Shown: piece by piece, positions 1 to 13,099 of the stretch | Layout: every line of letters starts with the position of its first letter | How positions within the stretch are numbered: position 1 is the first letter of the stretch | NCBI GenBank assembly: GCA_964016885.1 | Contig: OZ024740.1 | Span: 165,416,001 to 165,480,000 of the forward strand | Length of the DNA: 64,000 bases | Direction: 5' to 3' | DNA from: Eledone cirrhosa | Taxonomy: Eukaryota | Made by a program: the position numbers and the translations under genes | The notes under the pieces: generated by a model | What the model was told of the DNA's origin: nothing | What the model saw: the letters and a program-made list of their open reading frames with translations, nothing else | Database searches by the model: none

Positions 1-294
1 GCGACAATTACTGTTGGAAGCTCCCGGATATATATATATATATATAATAAAATTAAGAATTAGAAATAGAAGCCAGGACTATCCATCTTCAGTGGTCTAC
101 TAGCCATCATAGGTATTTCTTCGCATTACAGCCCATATAACCTCCGGCTAGGGCAGTACAATAACTAAAATAAGTTATTGGGATAAAAAGAATTGGGTGC
201 AGAAAGAGAGACAGGTAAACAAACACGAATGGTAGGCAACGTAAAGAGAGGAAAAAATGAGAAAATCAAGTCAATGATTCTTATATATATATAT

Positions 295-468
295 GTTTCT
301 ACTTTAGGCACAAGGCCAGCAATTACCCAGTGCATTACTGGTACTTTATTTTATCGACCCCGTAAGGATGAAAGGCAAAGTCAACCTCGGCGGGATTTGA
401 ACTCAGATCGTAAAGGGACGTAACTATGCTGGAAAGCATGGCGTCAAACCCTCTACCGATACACCGCC
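295..468 (-). mobile_element. tRNA-derived SINE (abundant family in this window)
   Basis: Minus strand has a B-box-like GAGTTCAAATCCC followed by the central block GTTGACTTTGCCTTTCATCCTTACGGGGTCGATAAAATAAAGTACCAG and the 3' end GGCCTTGTGCCTAAAGTAGAAAC. About 8 related copies occur in the window. Confidence 0.85.
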
Positions 469-513
469 ATATATATATATATATATATATATACGTATAC
501 ATACATACATATA

Positions 514-550
<37 letters not shown>

Positions 551-555
551 ACGTA

Positions 556-606
<51 letters not shown>

Positions 607-650
607 CGGTTGATTGGCAGGTCCCTATATATGTATATTAATAAAAGATC

Positions 651-821
651 GGAGGCCATATTCAGTTAGTTCAGGTTTATTTAAAACTCAGATATACATA
701 TTTCACTGAGGACTAATAGTTTAGAAAGCCTGAAGATCTCAGGCTATCTTAACTGATAGTCTTCAGTGAAATACGTATAACTGAGTTTTAAATAAACCTG
801 AACTAACTGAATATAGCCTCC
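651..821. repeat. Foldback element (~170 bp) containing hammerhead-like core remnants
   Basis: GGAGGCCATATTCAGTTAGTTCAGGTTTATTTAAAACTCAG... is the near-perfect inverse of ...CTGAGTTTTAAATAAACCTGAACTAACTGAATATAGCCTCC. The centre carries CTGAAGA...GAAATACGTA. Confidence 0.8.
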
Positions 822-939
822 TATTAATATATAATGTTCCGTCTTGTACCATTTATACAAGTCATTGAGCGCTTCTTTTTATCTGCTTCACAACGAACAG
901 ACCTTACTGTGATTAGCACATCCCTATTCTGTTAAACCC

Positions 940-1032
<93 letters not shown>

Positions 1033-1045
1033 GTATATATATATA

Positions 1046-1929
1046 CGAGGTGTGTCAGAAAAGTTCCAGGACTGATGTCACAAAAGATTTATTTCAAAGC
1101 CAAACTTCGCACTAAGAGTTTTCTCCTTTAAAGTAACCCCTAGAGTCTAATGCACTTTTCCATCCTTTTCTGACACGCTTGCATGCACTCCTAGACGGAT
1201 TCTTCTGGGATCCTCCGCAGTTCCCTCGTTACGGCCTTTTTGATGTCGTCCACGTGTTCAAAACGGGCCCCCTCCGCGTCGAACTCGAGGATCCATGACT
1301 CATCACCGGTGATGACTGTCCCTAGCAAGTCTGGTTCGGTTTCAAGACGCTCGAGGATGTCCCGGCACACTTTGCATGTCCGACCGTTCTGGTCATCATT
1401 CAGCAGTTTTGGCACCATCTTCGCGCAGACTTTCCGCATGTCCAAATCTTAAGTGAAGATCTTCCAGACGCTGTCCCGATTCATGCCCAGCTCATTTGCC
1501 ATTAGTCGAACAGTCAGCCGACGATCGCTACGCACCATCTGCCTGACGCGCTCGACATTGACCTCAGTCCTGGTTGTTGAGGGCCTTCCGCTCCTCGGGT
1601 CATCTTGCACCACTCAAAAACACGTGAGCGTGACGTCGTCTCATCTCCATACACTTGCTGCAGCAATCCCAGTGCTTCTGACGGAGTTTTCCCCAACCGT
1701 ACCCGAAACTTCAAGTTTGTTCGTTGCTCTGTGCTCATTGCTTGACGACCTGAAAAAGAGGACATGTATATAAAATTATGAAGAAAAAAGTTTGATCGCT
1801 GCAGAGAGCTAAGATTACAGTTACATACTCCAGGGGGATTACTTTGAAGGAGAAAACTCTTAGTGTGAAGTTTGCGTTTGAAATAAATCTTTTGTGAAAT
1901 CAGTCCTGGAACTTTTCTGACACACCTCG
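1046..1929 (-). mobile_element. Mariner (Tc1/mariner) DNA transposon, internally deleted
   Basis: ~50-bp TIRs starting CGAGGTGTGTCAGAAAAGTTCCAGGACTGAT, with TA on both sides (1044-45, 1930-31). Transposase remnants: EQRTNLKF..LGKT..VYGD..SRSRVFEWCK (HTH), VPKLL, VITGDESWI and RFEHVDDIKKAV. The HDNA/YSPDLAP region is absent. Confidence 0.93.
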
Positions 1930-2010
1930 TATATATATATACAGGGAGTGTAACGCCGAGTTCACGTCATTATCGAGGTGAAGAGCTAGACAGAGTGTAG
2001 TATAATAATT

Positions 2011-2192
2011 GTTTCTATTTTTGGCACAAGGCCAGTAATTAACCAGTGCATTACTGGCACTTTTTTATCGACTCCGTAAGGATGAAAGGCAAAGTTAACC
2101 TCGGCGGGATTTGAATCCAGAATGGCAACGGGCACAGCTCTATGCGTCAAACACGGCGTCCGACCCTCTACAGATACTGCCAATCCACCGCC
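2011..2192 (-). mobile_element. tRNA-derived SINE
   Basis: Same family as 295-468, with a full 5' head GGCGGTGGATTGGCAG. Confidence 0.85.
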
Positions 2193-2212
2193 ATCCACTG
2201 TAGTATAATAAT

Positions 2213-2425
2213 ACAAGGACGAATGGTAACTCCTTCATTATGTTTAATGAGTTGTGATACGCGTTTCGCTACTGATCAGCTAAAGGTTCGATCTGTATCG
2301 ATCTAGCCCGAATCTGGAATCAATAGCTCGTCGGACCTCGATACAGATCGAACCTTGAGCTGCCAGTAGCGAAACGCGGGTCACCAACCAATAAACGTAA
2401 TGAAGGAGTAACCACTCGTCCTTGT
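2213..2425. repeat. Foldback element (~210 bp) with degenerate hammerhead core on minus strand
   Basis: Arms ACAAGGACGAATGGTAACTCCTTCATTA and TAATGAAGGAGTAACCACTCGTCCTTGT. Minus strand reads CCGACGA-GCTA...TAGC-GAAACGCGT. Confidence 0.75.
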
Positions 2426-2438
2426 TTTATTATATATA

Positions 2439-2529
<91 letters not shown>

Positions 2530-2531
<2 letters not shown>

Positions 2532-5500
2532 TTCGATTTCCAAACAGAATAACATATCACGGGGCGAACTCCTCATTCTCCGCTCCCTCCGTAGCCGAAA
2601 TGACATCGTCATCAAACCGGTGGACAAGGGAGGCGCCGTGGTGGTGTGGTGCACTGACCTCTACACGGCTGAAGTCCTCAGGCAGCTCCGACAGCCCCTC
2701 TTCTAGCGCCCTCTACCCTCTGACCCCACACCCCTCTACCAACAACAATCACCGTCAAACACCTTGTATCCACTGTCAAACACCTTGTATCCATCTCCCT
2801 CCTCCCTCCCACCACTTCCTAGCTCATCATCCGTACCCTCCGTACCCCTACTATCTACTTCCTCCCCAAACTCCCCAAACCCGACAACCTCGGCCGCCCC
2901 ATCGTCTCCGCTTGCAACTTCCCCACCGATTTCATCTCTGCCTTTCTTGACTCCATCCTTTCCCCCCTCCTCACCACCCTCCCCTTCTCCTGTTCGACTC
3001 CTTCACTTTCCAACCCGGCCCACATCCCTTCCTCTTCACCCTAGATATCCAGTCCCTCTATACTGCCCTCCTCTACGCCGACGGCCTATGTGCCCTCCAG
3101 CACTACCTCGACCTTCGCCCCTCCCACATCCAAACCCCCACCCTCCTTCGCCTCGCCGAGCTGGTCCTCACCCTCAACTGCTTTTCTTCTCGGGTGAGTT
3201 TTACCAAGAGGTCACGGGGGTAGGTATGGGCACAAGAACGGGCCCAAACTATACCAACCTTTTCATTGGCCACATTGAGGACCAATTCTTTGCCCAGTAC
3301 ACCGACCCCAACGCCCGAACTGTACGGTCGTTACATCGACGACTGCATCGGAGCCACGACCCTCACCCGAGAAAAGCTCGACTCCTTTCTCTCCTTCCAC
3401 ACCTCCCTCCACTTCACCACGTATATTTCCACCACCCACGTCCATTTTTTAGACATCTCCCTCGCCATCGACCCCTCCCACCGATCCCTCGTCACCTCCG
3501 CCTTCTTCAAACACACAGACTCCACTCCTACCTCGACTTCACCTCCTCCCACCCTACTGACACCAAACACTCTATTCCCTACTCACAACTCCTCCGGATC
3601 CACCGCCTCTGCAGCCGTGATGCTGACTTTGAGTCCCAAACCCTTTCCCTAGTCAGCCATTTCATCCGGCGAGGTAACCCCCCCCCCAATCTCGTCCACA
3701 CCGCCATCATCCCACGCCACCGCACACCCACCCACCGTCTCCCCTTCCCCATCACCTACTACCCCTCCACCCTACCCCTCCACCGCACCAGTCCGACCCC
3801 TCCGCTGCCTCCATCTTCCCATCCCCACCCCTCCCCTCCTTCAAACGCGCACGCCACCTCCGCATCCTCCTCGTCAACACCTCCCTACCTCCCAATCCAC
3901 CCTCCCCGGTTCCCTTCTTTGCTCCAGGCCTCGTTGCCACACCTGCCCCCACATCACCAACACCACCACCTTCCAACGACCACTCTTTCTCTGTCCGGCA
4001 CGCCTTCCACTGCACATCCTCCAACCTAGTCTATGGACTTCGCTGCACTCCGTGCAGCGCAACCTACGTCGGACAGACTGGATGTCGCTTGGCGGACCGT
4101 TTCACGGAACACCTCCGGGATATTCGCCTCGGCGGGAGTACCTCGATCGCCCGCCACTTTCGCTCCCCTGGACATTCCGCCCACCACCTCACAGTCTGTG
4201 GCCTAATCCAATGCCATGGAACACCCGCCACCCGCCTCACGGTCGAACAACGCACCATCTTCACCCTTCAGAACTCCACACCCTTATTCCTTTAGCCTTC
4301 GACCGCCCACCTTCCCCCCCCACACACACACATTCCCCACTAACACCTATAACACACTCCTCCTTTTCACCACCCCACCTCCTTGGCCCATCCCACAACT
4401 AACAATACTAACACACACACACCCTCACCTAAGTACACCAACCACTCCACACACCCAACCACCACTAACCCCCACTTACACACTCGCTTTCCACCCTTTC
4501 CCCACCACATGTAATACTAACACCCACTAACACCCCCTTTACCACACAGACACTTATCCAAACACAGACACACACACCAGTACACTACAATCCCTCCTAC
4601 CCCCCAACACCTCTTCTCTCCCTCTCTCTCTCTCTCTCTCTCTCCCTCTCTCCCCCCTCCACCACACCCCTTCACACACACACATCCCACTAACACCTCT
4701 ACTAATATACACCCCATCGCCCTACTTCACCACCTTCCCCCTCCACCCTTCACACCTACCCATCCTCACCACTGTCCACCGCACCTCCGCACACACAGAC
4801 ACACACAGTCCTCACCATACTGACCTTTCTCCACCTGTCATCCTGCTCTACTGCTATCTCTTAAGCCTGCATTGACCCTCTGACCACTTTCCTCCACTTC
4901 CGACCACTACCAGCATTGGATTCTACACCATCGGTCATCTCTCCAGCCATCCACTCCATAACATGAAAAATATCCAGCAACTCTTCGCACACTCGACGGA
5001 ACTACCTCAGGAACTTACCCACGAACATACAGTCACATTTGTTTCGCACCACGCCACCTACATCCACATCACGTATAAATACAAACACACACATGCGTAC
5101 CCCAACATATACACACTCAACCTCCGGAATCCACACGCCCCCTCCTCACCTCTGACCCATCTCTTTCCACACGCACGCACACACCGACTTACACCCCACC
5201 CAACATACAAACCTTTTCCTGAACATGGAACTGCGTTCTTCCTCTAACTCTCACATTCACATTCACACGCACATACACACACGTACACTTACACACATAC
5301 ACAAACACCACCTTCAGCCTTCCCCGCTTCGATCCCCCGCCTCCTTCTCGCAACTCCACCCGCCACCACCCTTACACGCCTCACACCTTTCCACCACTTT
5401 ATTCTAAATGTATTTCCACCCCTCCTTCACACCCTCGGAACTCTCTTTCTAACCTATTTTCTCCTGAAGACGAGCTTATGCCTGAAACGTCGTTCCCCAC

Positions 5501-5572
5501 ACCCCCACTCCCAAGAGCGTGAACCTAATAAACCTTTATTTGTCTGCCTCTCTGTTTCGTTCCCGTCCAAAT
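2530..5572 (+). mobile_element. Penelope-like element (Neptune-like), 5'-truncated, frameshifted RT + GIY-YIG with long C-rich 3' region
   Basis: Motifs across frames: IVIKPVDKGGAVVVW, GVGMGTRTGPNYTNLF, YGRYIDDCIG, HSYLDFTSSHP..TKHSIPYSQLLRIHRLCS and CTSSNLVYGLRC..C.ATYVGQTG..LADRFTEH. A hammerhead-like motif lies at 5464-5491. Flanked by (TA)n on both sides. Confidence 0.9.
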
Positions 5573-5575
5573 TTG

Positions 5576-5665
<90 letters not shown>

Positions 5666-5667
<2 letters not shown>

Positions 5668-6200
5668 CAAATTAATAACATCTGGTTGAGAGCTTTTATT
5701 CTGAATGTTAGCGCAAATTATAATATTTCCTTTGTTAACACTTTGAATCTACCCGCCAAAAACGGGGTTGCTTCCCTTGTTGGAAATAACACGTGACAAC
5801 TAAGTGTAAGATAGCTGGCTTATAGCAGCAGCATTTAGCTCGTCCACTCCATTTTTTGGCAGAACGGAATCCCTGTTGATGAAATGAATCCGCTGTTCGA
5901 TTATGGAATACCACGAGCGTGCCTGTTACGTAATTTGGATATTTGATTTCGGATTCATAGAAACACTTTAAACGTTTATCGTTTGATTTGTCCAGGTGTA
6001 TCTTTTTAACCTGTTCGTTTATTCGTTACTTTGGTATTGTGTGTTAGGTTTTGCCTACCAAAATGTTCAATTTGTCAAGCTATTTAAACGTATGTTATTA
6101 CTCTAAAGACCTACCCTAATTGAATGCTTTGCTAACTCATTCATATTGCAGGTCGTCTTTGCTTTCCCGCGGCCAAAGCTTCGATTTGACTAAGCTTCCG

Positions 6201-6202
<2 letters not shown>
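5666..6202 (+). mobile_element. Unclassified ~600-bp family, copy X
   Basis: Shares ordered motifs GGTTGAGAGCTTT, GCCAAAA..GGGGTT, CCTGTTGA..TGTTCGAT, AGAAAC and a terminal CCCGC.. block with 25394-26348 and 28327-28967. Bounded by (TA)n. Strand is inferred. Confidence 0.55.
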
Positions 6203-6267
<65 letters not shown>

Positions 6268-7019
6268 CTGTATGAATCTGTTTAAGCGCGAACGCGTACA
6301 TCTCTATATTTGTACAATTTTCTTTAAATCATTTTCTTCTTATTGAAGTATGTTACGAAAAGTGCTCTATAAACATATTTTTAATGCTTTGAAATCATAA
6401 TTTATTAATATATCGTAGAAACCCTTTCATGCATATATCTAGTTACATATATCTAAATATATATTACATAATTTATCAAACCTATCCTTATTTGGTTCAT
6501 TTCTTGACAGTGATACGTTTAAGTAGCTTATATTTTAAATATGGTAATATACATGCGTAGACGTATATATTTATATGCATAGTATATACACATGAAATGT
6601 GTACATACACACTCACATATACATGGTACGTGTGAGTATGGGGCGTTATTGTGTATGTATTTATATACTTATTTATATGTCTATATATATATATATATAT
6701 ATATATTAATAAGTATATAAATTAGTATATAAATACATAGGTATACGCACACAATACCCCCCCCCCATATATATATATATGTGTGTGTGTGTATGTGTGT
6801 ATGTGTGTGTGCGTGTATTTCATTGGCATCTCTCGGTGTCGAGAATTTGATTTCGTTGAATTATTTTATAAGTTCTAACATGGCTGTATAAGATTATTTT
6901 TGAAGTAAAAGAACCGTAGGCTGGAGGGGATTAGAAATAGTGTTCAGGAATAAAATGTACCGAAACGAACCAACGAGCTTACAATCGTCAGACAAATACC
7001 TTAAACACTAAATCATACA

Positions 7020-7051
7020 ACTTAACACATACACCAAACACATGCATACAC

Positions 7052-7120
<69 letters not shown>

Positions 7121-7156
7121 AATAGATGTATATATATACACACACACGCACACATA

Positions 7157-7216
<60 letters not shown>

Positions 7217-7257
7217 TGTATGCATGTGTGTTTGTATGTTTGATGTATGTGTTAAGT
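7020..7257. repeat. (TA)n-centred foldback
   Basis: Left arm ACTTAACACATACA..CATGCATACACTGAT is inverse to right arm ATCAGTGTATGCATG..TGTATGTGTTAAGT. Confidence 0.7.
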
Positions 7258-7326
7258 ATATAATTGTATGTATATACATAGACATCGAATATTATTATTA
7301 ATATTTGAAAAACTCAGATTACATTA

Positions 7327-7829
7327 TCTATATATATAAAACTGAGGATGTCTGTCTGTGAGTGAGTCTGTGAGTTTGAATCCCTAAAACTCGAGAAGTA
7401 CCCAACCAATTTTTTTCAAACTTTACATGTGTATTACTTATGTTTCAGGGAGTGCCATGCACATAAAATTCAACTTTTTGATCTCTTATGGCCCGCATTA
7501 AGTGAAAAATTGCGTTTTTTCAGCTTTTTAGGTTTTATTTGAGGCGTTACGTCAGACCGATTTCCTTGAAATTGTAACTATGTATTAGGCAGTCTCTTCT
7601 TCATACCGTGAGCCAGAAAATCCTACTTTTTTATGGCCTAGGGCCCGCATTAGGTGAAAACCTGCATTTTTCCTGCTTCATCGACGAAAATCTTAAAGAT
7701 TATCCAGCCATCGAGTATTCGGTTTATTTTCTTTACATATTCCAGGCATGCAGTTTTTCCACGATTAGGTCTGTTGGCGGCCCGCGTTCCAAAATACCTT
7801 ATCTCGTGCAACGCCGGGTACCACTGCTA

Positions 7830-7830
<1 letters not shown>
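7327..7830 (+). mobile_element. Non-autonomous Helitron
   Basis: Begins TC (TCTATATATATAAAACTGAGGATGTCTGTCTG) and ends with a GC-rich subterminal hairpin-like CTCGTGCAACGCCGGG followed by CTAG. Inserted between A and T with no TSD. Confidence 0.8.
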
Positions 7831-7862
<32 letters not shown>

Positions 7863-7865
<3 letters not shown>

Positions 7866-9818
7866 AAAAATTGAACGGGAACAAAACAGAGGCACTACGA
7901 ACAAAGGTTTATTAGTTTCACGCTCTTGAGAGTGGGGTGGTGGTGAGGAACGACGTTTCGGGCATAAGCCCTTCTTCAGGTGAAAAGTGTGTGGGAAGAG
8001 AGTTCCAAGGGTGTGTAGGAGAGTGGTGGAGAGACATATAGAAAAAAGGGGTGAGAGGAAACGGTACAAATGAAATTAAATATAAAGGCATGATCAAAAT
8101 AAAATTAAAAATACACATGGAGTATAACAGGTGGTGGAAGGATGTGGGGCGTGTAGGGGTGGTGGCCAGTGGAGTGGGGAGAGGGAGACGGGGTGTCCGA
8201 GCGGGGAGGGCTGAAGGTGGTGTGTGTCTAGGTGTACGTGTGTGTGGGTGTGTGTGTGTGTGTATGTGAAAGTAAGAGTTGGGTAAAGAACGGGGTTGCA
8301 TGTTCAGGAAGAGGTGTGTGTGGGGTGGGCTGTAGGTCGGAGTGTGTGTGCGTGTGTGGATAGAGGGGTAGGGGGAGAGGATTCCGGAGGCTGAATGTGT
8401 AAATATGTGGTGGTACGCATGTGTGTGTGTGGTGTTTATGCGTGTTGTGGATATAGGTGGCGTGTGGGGTAAACATTTTTGGGGTATATGTCGGAGGGTG
8501 AGTCGTTAAGGTAATTCCGTAGACGGTGTGTTGGAATGCTGAGTAATATCCTTGGGATGTGGTGGATTCTCGGGATCAAGGTTCACATATGTGTGATCCG
8601 TGAAGAGATTGGTCGGAAGAAGGGGAGATGTGGGGTGCGCGCGAAACAGGAAGTGGTCAGAGGGTCAAGGCAGGAGGAGAGTTGTGTGTCTGTGTGTGCG
8701 GGGAGGTGGTCAGAGAGGCATAGCAGCAGTAGGATAGAATGGTAAGTGAAGAAAGTCGGTGTGTCAGTGTGTGCGGAGGTGCGGTGGACAGGGGAGAGGA
8801 TGGGTAAAGGTGTGTAAATTGGAGTGAAGAGGGGGTGTGTGTGTGTATTAGTAGAGGTGTTAGTAGGATGTGTGTGTGTTTGAGAAAGGGTGTGGGTGGA
8901 GTGGGGAGAGAAGGGTGTGGGGGCCGATGGAGGGAGTGTAGTGTACTGGTGTGTGTGTGTGCGTGTTTGGATGACTGTGTGTGTGGTGAAGGGGGTGTTA
9001 GTGGGTGTTAGTATACTGAAGGTGGAGAAAGGTTGAATGCGGGTGTGAATGGGGGTCAGTGGTGGTAGGGTGTGTAGAGTGGGTGGTGTAAGAGGGTGAG
9101 TGTGTTCGTGTGCGTAGGGTTGGGGGGTGTTAGTGATGTTAGTTGCGTGTAGAGTGGGTGGTGTAAGTGGGTGGGTGTGTTCGTGTGCTTGGGGTCAGGG
9201 GTGTTAGTGATGTTAGTTGCGGGGTGGTGGGGTGGATGTGTGGGGGTGAGGGTTAGTGGTGGTAGTAGGGTGTGTGTTTAGTGTGAGCGCCTGTATATAT
9301 GTACCGGTGGGTGTGTGCCTGTGATAAGTAGGGGGAGGAGAAGAAGGGGACAATGGTAGTATGTTAGTTGTGGAAGGGTGGTCGGGTGTGGGGTGGAGAT
9401 GTTAATATTGTTAGTTGTGGGGTGGCCGGTGAAAAGGAGCGGTGTGTTAGTGGTGTTAGTGGGGGATATGTGTGGGAGGAGGGGGCGGTCGAAGGCTAAA
9501 GGAATAAGGGTGGGGAGTTCATTGTTCGACGCTGAGGAGAGTGGCGGGTGTTCCGTGGCATTGGAGTAGCCCACAGACTGTGAGGTGGTGTGTGGAATGT
9601 CCAGGGGCACCAACGTGGCGGGCGATGGGGGAACTACCACCGAAACGAATATCCCGGAGGTGTTCAGTAAATCTGTCCGCCAGGCGACGTCCAGCCTGTC
9701 CGACGTAAGTCGCGCTGCACGGAGTGCAGCGAATTCCGTAGACTAGGTTGGAGGAGGTGCAGCGGAAGGCATGCCGGACAGAGAGAGAGTGGCCGTTGAG
9801 CTCTGCCGTCGGGGTCAT
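7863..9818 (-). mobile_element. Penelope-like element 3' fragment (same family as 2530-5572)
   Basis: GIY-YIG remnant FRCTSSNLVYGIRCTPCSATYVGQAGRRLADRFTEHLRDIR (9519-9818), a homologous C-rich 3' region, and a hammerhead core at 7952-7979. Ends at (TA)n. Confidence 0.88.
7952..7979 (-). ncRNA. Minimal hammerhead ribozyme core (PLE pLTR)
   Basis: CUGAAGA-A-GGGC-UUAU-GCCC-GAAA-CGUC. Helix II is perfect but helix I pairing is weak. Confidence 0.6.
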
Positions 9819-10289
9819 ACATTTTCCTATTACCCACTCTACTACCCTAAGTATTGAGTATCTTACTTACTGTGGTTACCCCCGATGGAACCTGGTATTA
9901 TCTTACATATATACATATATATATAACAATTTTGAAAAGCCTCACAGTTGCTTTGTCTTCGCTATTTTGTAGCTTATTCATTATACACTATTCTATAGTG
10001 TGGTTTGCAACAATGTCACCTCTTTTCTAGCGGGCATATTTTAAAATACATTTCCACTACGGTCATCATATTTGTTTTTCATCCAACAGATTGTTAAGTA
10101 TAACAGTCACTGTATTTTTCTTTTACGACAGTGGGGTGTGTTTATATTCTTGCATATCGTGTAGTCAGTAGCTAAGTGTCTCGGAAAGAGTTGTAGCGAT
10201 ATTGTGAAATCCAAGCTAGCTGACGAACACTGGCTGTCGACCTGGACGCAGCATAATGTAGACCTAGAAATGTAACTCTAGAATTCGGT

Positions 10290-10700
10290 CATCAGAAGAA
10301 GGGAGTATGTGTAAAAGGGAAACACGTTATTTTCAATTCGGTATTTGTGCCAACCATTACTTCTGATCATGATAATTAGGGAACGGCTGAAATAATGCGG
10401 CCGAAAAGGTATTCCTCCGAAAAGTCCGTAGAATAACGTTACCCGATAGTGTGTGTAGCTCGAGGATCAGAGAGTTGCTCAAGGTAGATCCGCTGCCTCG
10501 CCAAATTGAAAGATCACAGCTCCAATATTACGGTCATGTTATTAGAATGTCTCAGGGAAATCCCTTGGACGGATTTTATATGCAAAATCAACCGGCAGGA
10601 GACCCAGGCGTAGACCACGAGGAAGATGATTAGATACTGTGCTTGAGGACTCTGTCTCAAGCCATCCCAGGAATATGTTGGCGAAGGCAGAAGAAGAATG
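10290..10700 (+). mobile_element. Degenerate RTE-clade LINE 3' fragment
   Basis: SSRIRELLKVDPLPRQIERSQLQYYGHVIRMS followed by a GRRP.RRPR.RW-like stretch. Related to 19330-19995 and 32597-33150. Confidence 0.7.
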
Positions 10701-11976
10701 CAATGAAACATGTCTAAATTCCATTTGCCTTAATACTTATAGGACCATTGAAATATGGTTGCAAGCGAAAGAGAAAAATATGTCTACGGAGAAGAATTTT
10801 CAGAAACCTTTGAATTCATGAATTAAAGTAAAATAAATGCTGGAATTTTGGGAGATCTCAAATTAGATAACTGATGACAGATAACAATTATGACAACAAT
10901 ATGGTGGCCGTCTCGTAGATAGAATTGGAAATTATTCTTCGAAACGTCTTGAATCTTTAAAGGTTTCAGGTTACATACATTTAGTTGAAAATAAGATTAG
11001 TAACTTTCAACAACTGAAATGTAGGTTAAGGAGGTTTTCTCCCAAATTTGTCCAAGTATGAAAATAACACATTTCTATTAAGAATTGAGAGTTGGTGTGC
11101 AATTTTTGTTTTAGTTGTTAATATACATTTGTAGATGCCTCTTTATTTAAAATGAATATGATGTTGTAGAAAATATAATCGGAGGTCAAATCTAGAAAGA
11201 GCATATAAAAGTTAATTACATGAACACACACTTACTAGAAAAAAATTACTAACAAGTTCTATAATGCTGACTAATGTAATTGTTACATCATTCGACCTTC
11301 TCCGTCGGGATAATAACAATGATCAATTCTCAGTAGAGTATGATTTATCACTGTTAACTTAGTACAAATTATTATATACGGGCTAAAATCGTTCTGGAAG
11401 TGGCAATGACATTGAACATGTGTTGGCGGTAAATATTGCCATTGAGCCAGTCCCAGATGGAAAATTTCTTACATGTTAAATAGTCGGTCAGCCTGGATAA
11501 ATAGTGAAAGAAAAAGAGAATGACAACACAAGGATAGAAAGAAAGAGATGAAAAGAAAGAAAGAGGAAGGGGTGTCAGAGGTTGAAGGGATGGCAGAAGG
11601 CCGAATGAAAACCGGATATTGAGTGACCAGATATGTGAAACAGATTAGATTTTGTTAGTCACAAGCATCCATATTGAAAGAAAAAGAGTGCAAGGAGTAA
11701 TATGAAATAAAATAATGCTCATGACTCTCTAGAATAACAGACAAAACAAGAATACAGCACTGAGTGGATATGCAGTTAATTTCTGCTCTCTTTGGGGCAT
11801 TATGGTACATATTACGGACGACATTTTCTAGCTTGTAAAGATTTCGAGATTGTGAATAGAGACAATATGTATTGTGATCAGTGGTGATTTCGACTTAGTT
11901 ACATCTATTTTTTTTGGTTCTGCCTGTCTGCCTCTTTCTCCCTCATTCTCTCTTGCTGTATCCCTCTCTCTATCTT

Positions 11977-12033
<57 letters not shown>

Positions 12034-12299
12034 ACACATCAATACCGACACACACCAAAAATACATGCATTTGCTCATTCATAGACACGTGTACACGTAC
12101 AAAACATTTATTTCGGGTTCATTTTATGTAATAATGTTTTAATTAACGACCGTATGTATAACCTTATAATATTCTCCTATATGCTCATCATTCGAATTTT
12201 ACACACGGGAACACACACAGACACTCACACACAATCACACACACTCACACTATATACAAACAAACGAAAGCAGAATTACCTTTGTCAGTTTCAACAGAC

Positions 12300-12512
12300 A
12301 CGTGTAGACATAAACTAATGTTCAGTGCCAATCACTGTGACGAGGCTGCACCTTTGAATTACATGTACAGCTCATCCGTTGGGTTCCAAACAGTTTCCGT
12401 CTACCCAATCTCATACATACTGCATTGGCCGATTAGAGGCTGTGTTAAACGACCATGGTAGAACCTGGGGACCTAATGATTGTGAGGCGAGCCTCTTAAC
12501 CATTTAGCCACA
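12300..12512 (-). mobile_element. Second tRNA-derived SINE family, degenerate
   Basis: Minus strand starts GTGGCTAAATGGTTAAGAGGCTCGCCTCACAATCATTAGGTCCCCAGGTTCTACC (A-box and B-box like). Confidence 0.6.
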
Positions 12513-13099
12513 CAAACATATACAGATCAGAAAGAAAAGGTTACGAGAGCTTGACCTATTCTTTTTAACGTGATATTTATCTCACCGAATTATAAATATA
12601 CCTTCCTCGAGCCAAAAATATAATCTCTACACCAACATCTATCAAGAATAGCATGAATAAAAACATAAATAAATATAAAAATACAAATATAAATGCTCTA
12701 AATGTTACTACAATCAGCAACAAATATAAGCAAACCTGGAAACAAATTCCAAAATACCTGAAGTCATATAAACCAGTTTTAAGGAATGCATGAAAGGTGA
12801 AAAGGTCGTGGAAATAGATGTAGCTACATACGTCACTGACTAGTACCAACTACTCACCTTAGCTAAACTATGTGTCTACATCTAATAGATGATAGTTCAA
12901 CTATTATTAGGAAAATAATTGAAGTAAGCAACAAGTATATAATCAAACATAGAACCACAAACACATTTATTTTCAAATATTTTGACATGGAGGTGATACT
13001 AATATTTCATTACATATATTGTACACTCAGAAAACAATACACTACTAATCAGAAAATTTTACAAAACCCAAAAGAAACTTTACAGAAAGACGCATTCGT

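Noticed and set aside
50-285. Hammerhead in the fragment between TA tracts
   Set aside because: CTGAAGA is present on the minus strand, but there is no correctly placed GAAA or helices.
426-659. Many ORFs of IY, CV, SL, R, L or F repeats throughout the window
   Set aside because: They are translations of (TA)n, (TG)n, (TC)n, (GAA)n and (TTA)n microsatellites.
2764-4029. 421-aa Pro/Ser-rich ORF as a host gene
   Set aside because: It is a by-product of the C-rich, frameshifted PLE and passes in and out of the true RT frame.
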